Notes: generated by a model not told the origin, from the letters alone. 64,000 bases of DNA from Bacilli bacterium (GCA_045628045.1 JAZQOV010000006.1:1-64000), one strand, 5' to 3'; shown: positions 9,798 to 20,392, counted from the first letter of the stretch. Translations and numbers: made by a program.

Positions 9798-10908
9798 TGC
9801 ATACACCTCCAAAACGAATAATTAAAAATGTAAACAAAGCTGGCACTACAACTAAAAGTACAATTGCAAGCCATTTCTTCCATGTAAATTTAGCACTTGA
9901 CCATTCATAATGATCAAGGAAAGATGCAAGCATGTTGCAAAGCAAAATAGCAAATCCCATTCCCTCTGGAAGTGCTGCAAATAAACGAATATAAACAGTT
10001 AAAACTGCTGCAATAATTCCATACATCACTCTTGATGGAGGAGTAACCGGAGAAGTTACTGGATCAGTTAACATAAATGTTACGCCAAATAAAACGCCAC
10101 CGCTTAGTAAATTATAGAGCATAAAGTTAATGCCATTAATTGAACTATTAACTGCATGAATTGAAAGTCCGCCAACTAACATCAAAATAGTGAAAGTTAC
10201 AAAAAATGAAACAATAATTCTCCAATCGATGCTTCTTCTTATTAATAAATAAATAAGACCTACAATAATCGTGATTTTAAATACTTCACCTAAAGTACCT
10301 GGAATTTGTCCAAATACTAAACTTTGAAGTGAATATGTTGAAATATTTGAGAAATTTCCACCATTAATAACTCCTAAAGGAGTTGCACCAGCAGAAGCGT
10401 CAGGAATTGTGTAAAACCAAGTTGAAACATTTTTGTATTGGTTTCCAAAGCAAATCTTTGCAAAAATCATCCCAACGGCAGCAGGATTAAAAATATTACT
10501 TCCTAGTCCGCCAAAAACTAATTTTCCAATAATGATTCCAAATAAAGAACCAAGAACAACGGCATAAATCGGAGCACCAGCAGGCATAATAAGTGTAAAA
10601 ATAACTGCTGAAATTAATGGCGCTAAAATATTGTTTCTAGTGATTTTTCCTTTAAAGGAATGTTCAAATCTTTCTTTGAAACTATGTTTTAAGCCATCTT
10701 TTGGCATCATATTTCTAAGACCAATATAAATAATTTCTGCACCAATCATTATTAATGAAGAGATAACTAAATTAACGCTTGCTTGAAGTGGATAAACAAT
10801 AATTGCAAAAATCATTGTCGGAGCAAGCGCGATTAAAACATCAATCATCATTCTAGCGACGGTTGCTTTTCTTCTTAAATGTGGAGCAGATTCTTTAGTA
10901 ACTATCAT
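9790..10908 (-). CDS. rnfD: Rnf complex subunit D
   Basis: Motifs FGGLGSNIFNPA, AGATPL and FMLTDPVTSP. Confidence 0.93.
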   Translation of the reverse strand: MIVTKESAPHLRRKATVARMMIDVLIALAPTMIFAIIVYPLQASVNLVISSLIMIGAEIIYIGLRNMMPKDGLKHSFKERFEHSFKGKITRNNILAPLISAVIFTLIMPAGAPIYAVVLGSLFGIIIGKLVFGGLGSNIFNPAAVGMIFAKICFGNQYKNVSTWFYTIPDASAGATPLGVINGGNFSNISTYSLQSLVFGQIPGTLGEVFKITIIVGLIYLLIRRSIDWRIIVSFFVTFTILMLVGGLSIHAVNSSINGINFMLYNLLSGGVLFGVTFMLTDPVTSPVTPPSRVMYGIIAAVLTVYIRLFAALPEGMGFAILLCNMLASFLDHYEWSSAKFTWKKWLAIVLLVVVPALFTFLIIRFGGVCNV

Positions 10909-12206
10909 AATTTTGCAAATATCTTAGCTCTTCTCACAAAGTCAGTAACTTGAATTTTAGATGTACATGAATAAGCACAAAGGCCACATTCAATACATTT
11001 AAGTGGATTTAAAGCTTTTATTCTTTCTTTATCTAACGCTTTCACAGCGTTCATTATTTGAACTGGTTGTAATCCAACAGGACATGATAAAACACAACTT
11101 CCGCATCTAACACAAGGTTCTTCCTTATAATTTGTTTTATTTAAAACAATAATAGATGTAACTGTTTTAGTAATAACAGCATCATCACTTGGAATAGATG
11201 CTCCCATCATTGGGCCACCTAAAATAAATACTTTCTCTTTTTCTAAGTCTTTATATCCACCGCATAAAGGAAGTAAATCTTGAATTAAAGTTCCAACAAG
11301 AACTCTAAAATTATGTGGATGCTTAATTCCATCCCCAGTAATAGTAATGTTTCTTTTAATAACTGGCATGTTATATTTAACTGCTTTATAAATACCAACA
11401 ACAGTTGAAACGTTAAAATTAATAATACCTCTATTAGAAGGAAGTTCTCCTGGATTTAATTGAACTCCAGTTGCCTCTTTAATCATTGCGACTTCCCATC
11501 CTTGTGGGTAATAGTTTTTAACTTCACAAATTTCAATTCCAGAATCAGGGAATTCATTTAAAATCTGATCATAAATTGACTTAATATCTGTATATTTTGA
11601 TTTAATACAAATTAAAGCTTTTTTAATTCCAAAAGCTTGCATTGCATATTTAATACCATTTATTATCCTATAAGGATATTCAAGCATTATTCTATGATCG
11701 GATGTGATGTAAGGTTCACATTCAATACCGTTTACAAGTAATAAATCTAATTTCTTGTCAGTTTGAAATTTAACATATGTAGGGAATGAGGAGCCACCAA
11801 GTCCGACTAATGCACAGTTTTTAATGATTTCGGTCATTTCTTTTTTACTTAATTTAGCAATTTCCTCAGGTGTTCTTTCCTTAACAGATGGATCTACTGT
11901 ATTTTTAAAATCATTTTCAATTTTAATAAAATCAGTTAATTTACCATTTCGATGGTAATGTTTTTCAAGTCCAACATAAATTCCTGAAACAGAAGAATGA
12001 ATTGGTTGATCAAAAAATCCGGCATGACGAATACCAATTACTTGATACATATTCACGTGATCACCAATATTTATAAAAATTTCAGCACTTGAACATCTTG
12101 CATTTGCGGTCGCTAAATAAATGAATTTTGGTTCCAAATACTTGATTGTTTGAAGCGATCCAACTAAACGCTTTGTGTCTTTAATGTGCCGTGTTTTTGA
12201 AATCAT
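10905..12206 (-). CDS. rnfC: Rnf complex subunit C
   Basis: Motifs GLGGSSFPT, NGIECEPY and GGPMMG; two CxxCxxCxxxC clusters. Confidence 0.93.
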   Translation of the reverse strand: MISKTRHIKDTKRLVGSLQTIKYLEPKFIYLATANARCSSAEIFINIGDHVNMYQVIGIRHAGFFDQPIHSSVSGIYVGLEKHYHRNGKLTDFIKIENDFKNTVDPSVKERTPEEIAKLSKKEMTEIIKNCALVGLGGSSFPTYVKFQTDKKLDLLLVNGIECEPYITSDHRIMLEYPYRIINGIKYAMQAFGIKKALICIKSKYTDIKSIYDQILNEFPDSGIEICEVKNYYPQGWEVAMIKEATGVQLNPGELPSNRGIINFNVSTVVGIYKAVKYNMPVIKRNITITGDGIKHPHNFRVLVGTLIQDLLPLCGGYKDLEKEKVFILGGPMMGASIPSDDAVITKTVTSIIVLNKTNYKEEPCVRCGSCVLSCPVGLQPVQIMNAVKALDKERIKALNPLKCIECGLCAYSCTSKIQVTDFVRRAKIFAKL

Positions 12207-12307
12207 TTCATATATTTTAGAATATTTTTATAAATAATTCAAAAAAATATATGAATAAAATAAAAAAGCCACCTTATGAAAGATGGCTAATTTGTTATTA
12301 TAAATAA

Positions 12308-14083
12308 CTATTTTGTAGGGAACTTTTCACGATTCTTCACATAAGTTGTGTGGAGTAATTTTTCGGAAAGTTCACTACAAGGTTCACCAAGGAATTCCTT
12401 GTAAATCTTTTTAATATCTGGGTTGTTATGAGATTGTCTGACTGGTTGTCTCTCATCTTCTTTATAAAGAACAGAGGCACGTTTTGCACGATATGTTTCG
12501 CGAATATCTTCATCCTCATTTGGAAGGAACATTGGTTTAACGTATGGTTGACCGCCACCGTTAATACATCCACCTGGGCATCCCATAATTTCAATGAATG
12601 CATAAGGTGATTTTCCTTCTTTAATTTGATCAAGAAGAACTTTAGCGTTTTTCATACCGCTTGCCATAGCAACTTTGAGTGTTGTTCCATTGATATCAAT
12701 GGAAGCTTCTCTAACACCTTCGAGTCCACGAACTGCTTCAAAAGCGATTTTTTCGTGTTCTTTTCCAGTGAGAATAAAGTATGCTGTACGAAGTGCTGCT
12801 TCCATAACGCCGCCAGTAACACCGAAGATAACACCGGCGCCAGAATATTGACCAAGTAAATCTTGATCCCAATCTTCATCTTCTGGGAGCATCTTCCAGT
12901 TAATACCAGCACGTTTGATCATCTTTGCAAGTTCTCTTGTTGTTAAAACTGCATCGACATCTCTAACGCCATCGACTTCCATCTCTTTACGAGATTTTTC
13001 GTACTTTTTAGCTGTACATGGCATGACTGAAACGACATAAATGTCTTTTGGATCAATACCATTTGCTCTAGCAAAATATGTTTTTGTGATAGCGCCTTGC
13101 ATTTGATGTGGGCTCTTACAAGTTGACATATTTGGAATTACTTCTGGATAGAAATATTCCATGTAGTTAATCCATCCTGGTGAACAAGATGTGATTTGTG
13201 GAAGAACTCCACCGTTTTTAATTCTATTAAGAAGTTCGGTTCCTTCTTCCATGATTGTAAGGTCAGCTGCGAAATTGACATCAAATACACGTTTGAAACC
13301 AAGACGTTTGCAAGCTGCAATCATCTTCTTGGTACCATTAGTACCAATCTTTTCACCGAATTCTTCTGCAATAGCGGCACGAACTGCTGGAGCAACTTGG
13401 CAAACAACGAATTTGCCTGCTTTAATTGCTGCATCAACATTTTCGATTTCACTATGTTCCATAAGTGCGCCGGTTGGGCAAACAAGAACACATTGTCCAC
13501 ACTGCATACATGGACTTGTTGCGAATGATCTATTTTGTGCTGGAGCAACGATTGTTTTAAATCCACGGTTTTCAAAACCTAAAATGCCAATTCCTTGTGT
13601 ATCTTTACAAGCTTCGATACATCTACCACAAAGAATACATTTTGCAGTGTTTCTAACAATACCTGGAGCAACTTCATCAACTGTTGCTGGGGTTTGTGTT
13701 CCAACAAATTTTTGATCTCTAGCGCCCACAAGTTTTGAGACTTCAAGAAGTTCACAATTACCATTTTTTGGACATTGCAAACAGTTCTTTTGGTGATTAG
13801 AAAGAATAAGTTCTACAGAACTTCTTCTTGCTTCCATTGCTTTTTGACTAGAAATAACAATTTCCATTCCTTCGTTAACTGGATAAACACACGAGGCAAC
13901 TAAGCCTCTTGCGCCGACAACTTCAACAAGACAAACTCTGCAGCTTGCTTGTGAACATTTGCCATGATTCCATGTACAAAGTGAAGGAATGTTATAACCG
14001 CATTTGCGGCATGCTTCTAAGACAGTAAGTGAACTGTCAACTTGATAGGATTTACCTTCAATTTTGATATTAACTAATGACAT
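12308..14083 (-). CDS. hydA: [FeFe]-hydrogenase catalytic subunit (group A3-like)
   Basis: H-cluster motifs TSCSPGW, MPCTAKKYE and EIMGCPGGCINGGGQP; N-terminal 2Fe2S, His-ligated 4Fe4S and 2x4Fe4S domains. Confidence 0.95.
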   Translation of the reverse strand: MSLVNIKIEGKSYQVDSSLTVLEACRKCGYNIPSLCTWNHGKCSQASCRVCLVEVVGARGLVASCVYPVNEGMEIVISSQKAMEARRSSVELILSNHQKNCLQCPKNGNCELLEVSKLVGARDQKFVGTQTPATVDEVAPGIVRNTAKCILCGRCIEACKDTQGIGILGFENRGFKTIVAPAQNRSFATSPCMQCGQCVLVCPTGALMEHSEIENVDAAIKAGKFVVCQVAPAVRAAIAEEFGEKIGTNGTKKMIAACKRLGFKRVFDVNFAADLTIMEEGTELLNRIKNGGVLPQITSCSPGWINYMEYFYPEVIPNMSTCKSPHQMQGAITKTYFARANGIDPKDIYVVSVMPCTAKKYEKSRKEMEVDGVRDVDAVLTTRELAKMIKRAGINWKMLPEDEDWDQDLLGQYSGAGVIFGVTGGVMEAALRTAYFILTGKEHEKIAFEAVRGLEGVREASIDINGTTLKVAMASGMKNAKVLLDQIKEGKSPYAFIEIMGCPGGCINGGGQPYVKPMFLPNEDEDIRETYRAKRASVLYKEDERQPVRQSHNNPDIKKIYKEFLGEPCSELSEKLLHTTYVKNREKFPTK

Positions 14084-14097
14084 ATTTCACTACCTCC

Positions 14098-16005
14098 TTA
14101 TTTCTTAATAATTGCGCCAATACGGCATCCTGCCATACAGCTACCACATTTAATACATTTCTTAGGATCAATAACATGGACAAATTTGCCTGGGAATGGA
14201 TTTCCATTTGGCATCTTTGCTTGTTCTGTTCCTGGAGCAATTGCATTAACTGGACAGTTTTTAGCACATAATCCACATCCAATACACTTATTTGGTTGAA
14301 TGTAGTATTCCATCATTGCTTTGCAAACGTGTGCTGGGCACTTATGTTCTTCAACGTGAGCTTTGTATTCTTCTGGGAAACAATTCATTGTTGAAAGAAT
14401 TGGGTTAGCAGCAGTTTGTCCTAAAGCACATAATGAGTTATTTTGTGTAACTTCTGCTAGTTCTTTAAGTATTGCGATATCGCTTGGTTCACCACGACCT
14501 TCAGTAATCTTATTTAATATTTCAAGAATACGACGTGTACCAATACGGCATGGAGAACATTTACCACATGATTCATCACAAATAAATTCCATGTAGAATT
14601 TAGCGACGTCAACCATACAGTTATCTTCGTCCATAACAATAGCTCCGCCTGAACCCATCATAGATCCACGAGCTTTTAATGTATCAAAGTCAATTTCGAC
14701 ATCTAAATCTTTTTCGGTTAAACAACCGCCTGATGGTCCACCAGTTTGAAGAGCTTTGAATTTCTTGTCATCTGGAATTCCACCGCCAATATCAAAGATA
14801 AGATCTCTAATTGTGGTTCCCATTGGAACTTCAACAAGACCGACGTTATTAACTTTTCCGCCAAGAGCGAAAACTTTTGTGCCTTTTGAACCTTCTGTTC
14901 CGATAGCAGCAAATTTGTCTGCGCCTTCTCTTAAGATCCAACCAACATCAGCGAGAGTTTCAACGTTGTTAACGATTGATGGATGTTGCCATAAACCTTT
15001 AACAGCTGGGAATGGAGGTCTTGGACGTGGCATTCCACGTTTACCTTCAATTGAGTTAATAAGAGCAGTTTCTTCACCACAAACGAATGCACCTGCGCCT
15101 AAACGAATGTGACATCTGAATGAGAAATCTGTTCCTAAAATATTATCGCCTAAAAGGCCGAGTTCTTCTAATTTCTTAATTGATGCTTGAAGTCTTGCAA
15201 CAGCAACTGGATATTCTGCACGAACGTAGAAATAACCATTTTTTGCACCTATTGCGTAACCTGCAATCATCATACCTTCGATAACTCCGATGGAGTTACC
15301 TTCAAGGATAGCACGGTCCATAAATGCGCCTGGGTCACCTTCATCACCGTTACAAATGACGTATTTTTCATCGCTTTGTGAGCCTAATGCAAATTGCCAT
15401 TTCTTTCCGGTTGGGAAGCCTGCGCCACCACGACCACGAAGTCCTGATTTAAGAATTTCATCAATAACTTCTTGTTGGCTCATCTTTAAAGCTCTCATTA
15501 AGCTTTTGAATGCGCCATTACCGAATGCTTCTTCAATATCTTCTGGATTAATAAGTGAGAAACCATTTAAGGCAACACGTTTTTGTCTCTTGAAGAAATT
15601 GATTTCATCTTGTTTTTCAATTTTTTGATTTGTCTTTGGATCAACATAGATCAAATCTTCAACACGTTTACCACCAATGATGTCTTCATTAATGATTCTT
15701 TCTGCATCACTTGGTTTGACTAAACGATAAAGCCTATCTTCTGGGAAGACTTTAACGAAAGGACCTTGAGAACACATGCCAAAGCAACCAACCTTATTGA
15801 CTTCGACTTTGCCTTCAAGTTTCTTTTCTTTAATTAATTCTTCGAAATTTTTGATAATTTCATCAGAACGTGAGCTAACACAACCTGTATCACCACAAAC
15901 TAGAAGGTGTTTTTTGCCATCTTTTCCGCTAAATTTAGCTTGTAAGCAGGCATTACAATGATTAATTTTCTCAACTAATTCTTTTTCTGTTTTAATCTTA
16001 GCCAT
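14098..16005 (-). CDS. hydB: Bifurcating hydrogenase NADH/FMN subunit (NuoF-like)
   Basis: Motifs GRGGAGFPTG, NGDEGDPG and GAGAFVCGEETAL; C-terminal 2x4Fe4S. Confidence 0.93.
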   Translation of the reverse strand: MAKIKTEKELVEKINHCNACLQAKFSGKDGKKHLLVCGDTGCVSSRSDEIIKNFEELIKEKKLEGKVEVNKVGCFGMCSQGPFVKVFPEDRLYRLVKPSDAERIINEDIIGGKRVEDLIYVDPKTNQKIEKQDEINFFKRQKRVALNGFSLINPEDIEEAFGNGAFKSLMRALKMSQQEVIDEILKSGLRGRGGAGFPTGKKWQFALGSQSDEKYVICNGDEGDPGAFMDRAILEGNSIGVIEGMMIAGYAIGAKNGYFYVRAEYPVAVARLQASIKKLEELGLLGDNILGTDFSFRCHIRLGAGAFVCGEETALINSIEGKRGMPRPRPPFPAVKGLWQHPSIVNNVETLADVGWILREGADKFAAIGTEGSKGTKVFALGGKVNNVGLVEVPMGTTIRDLIFDIGGGIPDDKKFKALQTGGPSGGCLTEKDLDVEIDFDTLKARGSMMGSGGAIVMDEDNCMVDVAKFYMEFICDESCGKCSPCRIGTRRILEILNKITEGRGEPSDIAILKELAEVTQNNSLCALGQTAANPILSTMNCFPEEYKAHVEEHKCPAHVCKAMMEYYIQPNKCIGCGLCAKNCPVNAIAPGTEQAKMPNGNPFPGKFVHVIDPKKCIKCGSCMAGCRIGAIIKK

Positions 16006-16017
16006 GGTTCTACCTCC

Positions 16018-16497
16018 TTAGTTTTGTTTGCGGCATTCTTCGATAATGCCTGCAACTTTATCGATGGTCATCTTTGGATAAACTTTTCCATTTACGGAAA
16101 TAGCTGGTCCAAGTGAGCAAGCACCAATGCAACGAAGTGCATCTAGTGTAAACATGCCGTCTTCTGTAGTTTCACCTGGTTTAATACCAAGCAATTCGGA
16201 AAATTTGTCAATTACGAGTTGGCTTCCTTTGACATAGCATGCTGTGCCAAGGCAAACACCGATAACATATTTTCCTTTTGGTGTTAAACTGAAGAATGAG
16301 TAGAAAGTAACTACGCCATAGATTTCAGCAACAGGTATATTCAATAATGAAGAAACAAGTTCTTGTACTTCTAATGGGATGTAGCCATATTCAGATTGAA
16401 TTGCTTCAAGAACCATCATAAGTGGAGTTTCTTCGTTTTTGTAGCGCTCTACAATTTCAGTAATTTGTTTTACTGCATGAGCTTGTAATTTCGCCAT
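16018..16497 (-). CDS. hydC: Hydrogenase 2Fe-2S subunit (NuoE-like)
   Basis: CLGTAC and CIGAC motifs; GGAGG RBS. Confidence 0.93.
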   Translation of the reverse strand: MAKLQAHAVKQITEIVERYKNEETPLMMVLEAIQSEYGYIPLEVQELVSSLLNIPVAEIYGVVTFYSFFSLTPKGKYVIGVCLGTACYVKGSQLVIDKFSELLGIKPGETTEDGMFTLDALRCIGACSLGPAISVNGKVYPKMTIDKVAGIIEECRKQN

Positions 16498-16579
16498 ATA
16501 TTACCTCCATTTTTGATTAATACATACATTATTATAATAATGCGAAAATAATAAACAATAATTTATTCAAAAGATTTGA

Positions 16580-16595
16580 ATGTATGCGTTTTCAT
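16580..16595 (-). promoter_or_regulatory. Putative cre (CcpA/LacI-type) operator upstream of hydC
   Basis: Minus strand reads ATGAAAACGCATACAT, close to the cre consensus WTGNNANCGNWNNCW. Confidence 0.5.
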
Positions 16596-16653
16596 TTTTC
16601 AAGTTTTGAGATTTAAGATACAAATTCTTTAAATGTTTTGATATCATTTTCGT

Positions 16654-17550
16654 ATGAAAAAATCTTTACCATTAATAATCTCTCTAGCTTGCTTACTTGG
16701 ATCTTGTGATTTCGATTTATCCTTTATTAATTTTGGAAATAATCCAACTAATGAAACAAACAACAACGAAGGAAATACTGGTAAACCAGTAACTGGAGGA
16801 GATTATACATCGACTTGGCCTACTGATTATCAAAAATACGTTATTACTTATTTAAATGGAATGGTTCCTTGCTTTTTAAATGCAAACAAGAAATGTTTAT
16901 TCACCAGCTTCGAAACCGGTGTTAAAGAGGACGAACCAACTATTCCATATTTTAATCCTTATATAAAAAATACAAGCCCAGGTATCAACTACGAACACGA
17001 TTATGGAGTGATTCTTAGTGACGCCGGTTTTACATCTGATGGTCACGAAATCGATGAAGAAGGAAAAGACATGTATTACTTTCATAAAGGTTGCTGCAAT
17101 GTCCTTTACTCAAAATATAGAGGCGACGACAACATTTATTACTTCGACGTTTATGCTTATTACGATTATACAGCACCACTTGAGCTTCCAAATTCTAAGC
17201 TTAGTTTAGATGTCGAAAACATGAAATTAACCGGAAAATATCAGTCAAATTATTCATTAACAGTGGGTTCTTACACATTATCAGGCGTTGATATAATGAA
17301 GAATTCATACGACATTCAATTAAAAGCAAATACTGGCAAATTAACAATCCAAGGACCTTCAAAAGGAGTTGCGTTTATTGTTTCTAAAAATGCAGATCAT
17401 CTCTTTGTAAGATACGGCTCATCAAGTAGCAATTTAAAATATGCATTTAATGAAGGCGGTACCTTTAATTTCCCTTCACAAGCAAATTACATAGAAATTA
17501 CTTCCGGCACAAAAGTTTTGGATGTAGAAACAATTGATGTTCTTAATTAA
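16654..17550 (+). CDS. Hypothetical lipoprotein
   Basis: Lipobox LGSC; 298 aa. Confidence 0.7.
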   Translation: MKKSLPLIISLACLLGSCDFDLSFINFGNNPTNETNNNEGNTGKPVTGGDYTSTWPTDYQKYVITYLNGMVPCFLNANKKCLFTSFETGVKEDEPTIPYFNPYIKNTSPGINYEHDYGVILSDAGFTSDGHEIDEEGKDMYYFHKGCCNVLYSKYRGDDNIYYFDVYAYYDYTAPLELPNSKLSLDVENMKLTGKYQSNYSLTVGSYTLSGVDIMKNSYDIQLKANTGKLTIQGPSKGVAFIVSKNADHLFVRYGSSSSNLKYAFNEGGTFNFPSQANYIEITSGTKVLDVETIDVLN

Positions 17551-17569
17551 AAAAGACATAAATGTCTTT

Positions 17570-19516
17570 TTATTTTACTTCAATTTGTTCTAAATTAATG
17601 TATTTATATTTTTCAAATTGAGTTATTTCTTTTGAACGTTTGCACATGCACTCATAGATTTCATTTCTTAATTTTTCTCTTGCCTCTTTTTTGTCTAGGT
17701 TTTGATCAGAATAAAATGGTCCATCTATGTGAGTGACTAATCTAAATTTATTTCCTTTTTTACCGGCAGGAACAAAAGTGTTAGTCAAGCAAATTGAAGG
17801 CTTATTATTTTCCACTGGATATCTGAAAGAACCTGCAGAAAATGGGCGAATTTCTGTATAATTTGGCCAAATATGCTCTTCAGGATAAATAGTTATGTGC
17901 TGATTTTTTGCCGATATTTTTCTTATAGCTTGAGTGAAATTTATTGTTCCCTCAAGCGTTGAAGGAAGAGGAATTCCGCCAAGCATTTTTACAATTGTTC
18001 TAATTCCAAATACCGAGAAGGCTTCTGGACCAACAATTATGTTATTTCGTCTATGAAAAATTAAATTTGGCGTATAAGCATCACCCATCGAAAGTGTGTG
18101 ATTTGCGTATATGAATGCACCCTTCAAATCACTTTTCTTCTCGGTTAGATGATTTACAAATTTCTGCTTATACGCAATTTTATTAAGCAATCTAATAAGA
18201 GGTTTTGCGATTATAAAATATAAAATAAATTCAAACAATTTATAAACTGGGTCTTTTTTTATATATTTAAATTTAGAAGGAATCTTTTTTGCTTCAATTC
18301 CATTGAGTGCAAAATCATCATTTAACTCATCTCTAAAATAATAGGTAGTTTTATTTGTATGGTTTTCTTTCTTTGTATAAGTAAGTAACATATTGCGCAT
18401 TTTTCTCATACATTCATCTTGCTCAAAATTATGCCTGAAGTTTTCATACTCTTTTGCGCATTTAGCTTTTTCTTTTGGATGCTCAATCCAGTAATCAATC
18501 TTATTAGCAAGATCTTTTGGAGAATTATATTTGAAAAGATTCTTTTCTCCTAATGCAAAAGCATTAGTTGCACTCCTTTTAGAATCAGAAATAACTGGAA
18601 CAAGTCCACAGGTAATTGCTTCTAAACATGAGATGGCTTCTATTTCTATTTCTGAAGGGTGAACATATAAATCACATGAATTAATAATCTCCACCAATTC
18701 AGTTCTTGAGTAGAAATCCATTAAAATAGGATTTAATTTGTATCTTTTCTCTAATTTACGGACCATTTTTTCTCTTGGCCCTTGTCCCGCAAAGATAAGT
18801 CGAATGTTATCTTTATATTTTGATAATTTAACGGCTTTTAATAATAGATAATGTGATTTTTCTCTAGAAATACGACCAATAAACAAAATATTATATTTAT
18901 CAGAAAGTTCTGGTTTTCTTTCTTTTATTTCAACTTTTTTATAAATATCATTAACACCATTTGAAATAACATAACCATTTGTTTTGCGTTTAACTGCATT
19001 CTCAAAAGTGTCTTTTATGAATTTAGTTGGATAATGAATTGCGTTTACTCGTTTGTATATTCGATTGTAATGATTCTTGTAAACAAGTTTATTAAATAGT
19101 TTACTATTCATTAGGTTAAATATATGAGCAGAGAAATTTTCGGCTTGGCAATGAAATCCACATGTAACTGGAATTCCTTTAGCTCTAGCAACCTTAGCAG
19201 TCTGAGTCCCTAAAGCAAATGGCATTATTACGTGCACAATATCAACGCCTTCTAATGCTTTTAAAATTACTTTTTTATCAGGTTTTGCTAAAGCAACATT
19301 GTTTGCGCGAATCAAATAATCAATCAGAAATCCGAATTTCCTTTGTGGCACAACAAAAGTATCTTTTTCTTCTTTTTTATTCTGATCACAACACAAAATA
19401 TTTACGTGGTCACCTTGTTTTCTTAAATATCTTATTAAATTCATAGCGGCAATCGTTGTGCCGTTGTTCTCTTGACCGAGATAATCACATACTACTAAAA
19501 CTTTCATATTTTTCAC
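17570..19516 (-). CDS. GT4 glycosyltransferase fused to a PlsC/LPLAT-like acyltransferase
   Basis: N-terminal GT-B fold (GRISREK, EIEAISCLEA); C-terminal NH-x5-D and IYPEEH motifs. Confidence 0.8.
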   Translation of the reverse strand: MKNMKVLVVCDYLGQENNGTTIAAMNLIRYLRKQGDHVNILCCDQNKKEEKDTFVVPQRKFGFLIDYLIRANNVALAKPDKKVILKALEGVDIVHVIMPFALGTQTAKVARAKGIPVTCGFHCQAENFSAHIFNLMNSKLFNKLVYKNHYNRIYKRVNAIHYPTKFIKDTFENAVKRKTNGYVISNGVNDIYKKVEIKERKPELSDKYNILFIGRISREKSHYLLLKAVKLSKYKDNIRLIFAGQGPREKMVRKLEKRYKLNPILMDFYSRTELVEIINSCDLYVHPSEIEIEAISCLEAITCGLVPVISDSKRSATNAFALGEKNLFKYNSPKDLANKIDYWIEHPKEKAKCAKEYENFRHNFEQDECMRKMRNMLLTYTKKENHTNKTTYYFRDELNDDFALNGIEAKKIPSKFKYIKKDPVYKLFEFILYFIIAKPLIRLLNKIAYKQKFVNHLTEKKSDLKGAFIYANHTLSMGDAYTPNLIFHRRNNIIVGPEAFSVFGIRTIVKMLGGIPLPSTLEGTINFTQAIRKISAKNQHITIYPEEHIWPNYTEIRPFSAGSFRYPVENNKPSICLTNTFVPAGKKGNKFRLVTHIDGPFYSDQNLDKKEAREKLRNEIYECMCKRSKEITQFEKYKYINLEQIEVK

Positions 19517-19605
19517 TTCCGGTTGAGAATTATATTTTTATATTTTAAAATTGTTAAGGGAACTCTACGCTATATATCGTAGAATGTAATTCTACCGTTA
19601 GGAGA

Positions 19606-20220
19606 ATGTTAGATTTTATGGGACAAATTAACGAAAATATTGCAAATAACATAATAAAACTAAGAAAACTCAATAAATTAACGCAACAAGATCTTGCTAT
19701 CAAAATAAACTACTCAGATAAAGCAATTTCTAAGTGGGAAAGAGGAGATAGCGTTCCAGACATTGAGATGCTCTGCAAGCTTAGTGAGATTTTTAACGTT
19801 GATGTTAATTATTTAACAAAAGAACATAGCGACTCAGAAATTCATAATTTGGATAATAATTCTAATTTCTTTGTTCGCAATCTTTTGATTCTTATAATGC
19901 TCTGTGTTTCAATGTTTTTGCTTTCCACTATTGTCTTTACAATTGCTACGTTAAAAAGCACAGAAAATGCGAAAATCTACTGGATTTCCTTCATATTTAG
20001 CGTTCCAGTCTGTTCTTTATTTGCACATATTTACGCAAAGAAGAATAATTATTGGCTTATGAAATTAATAGCTGTTTCTACACTTCTTTGGTCAATAATT
20101 ACTTCTTTATATTGTTTAGCAATTGTACTTGGTTATCCTTCTTTCTGGATGCTCTATATTGTCGGAGCTCCTATTCAAGTAGCAATCGGCTTGTTCTACT
20201 TCTGGAAGAAAACATTCTAA
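19606..20220 (+). CDS. XRE-family HTH regulator with C-terminal TM helices
   Basis: LTQQDLA...SDKAISKWERG followed by about 4 TMs. Confidence 0.85.
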   Translation: MLDFMGQINENIANNIIKLRKLNKLTQQDLAIKINYSDKAISKWERGDSVPDIEMLCKLSEIFNVDVNYLTKEHSDSEIHNLDNNSNFFVRNLLILIMLCVSMFLLSTIVFTIATLKSTENAKIYWISFIFSVPVCSLFAHIYAKKNNYWLMKLIAVSTLLWSIITSLYCLAIVLGYPSFWMLYIVGAPIQVAIGLFYFWKKTF

Positions 20221-20354
20221 AGAATTAATAATGCGTTGATATAATACAAATCCGATTCAAAATTAATCCATTTAAAATTTGTTTTTTCTCTTTTTTCAGC
20301 TGGTGAGGTGTCCTGTCCACGTTGTCGTAAAGATTCATCCCCTGGCCAACATGA

Positions 20355-20381
20355 AAAAAGATGCACCTGAAGTGCATCTTA
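20355..20381 (-). terminator. Intrinsic terminator of the tRNA-Asp/tRNA-Phe transcript
   Basis: Minus strand AAGATGCAC-TTCAG-GTGCATCTTTTTT. Confidence 0.75.
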
Positions 20382-20392
20382 ATTCTTTTTCA

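Noticed and set aside
12337-15961. Many short nested or antisense ORFs in hydA/hydB (likewise in opp, the protease and other genes)
   Set aside because: They are shadow frames of strongly codon-biased genes with no independent signals.
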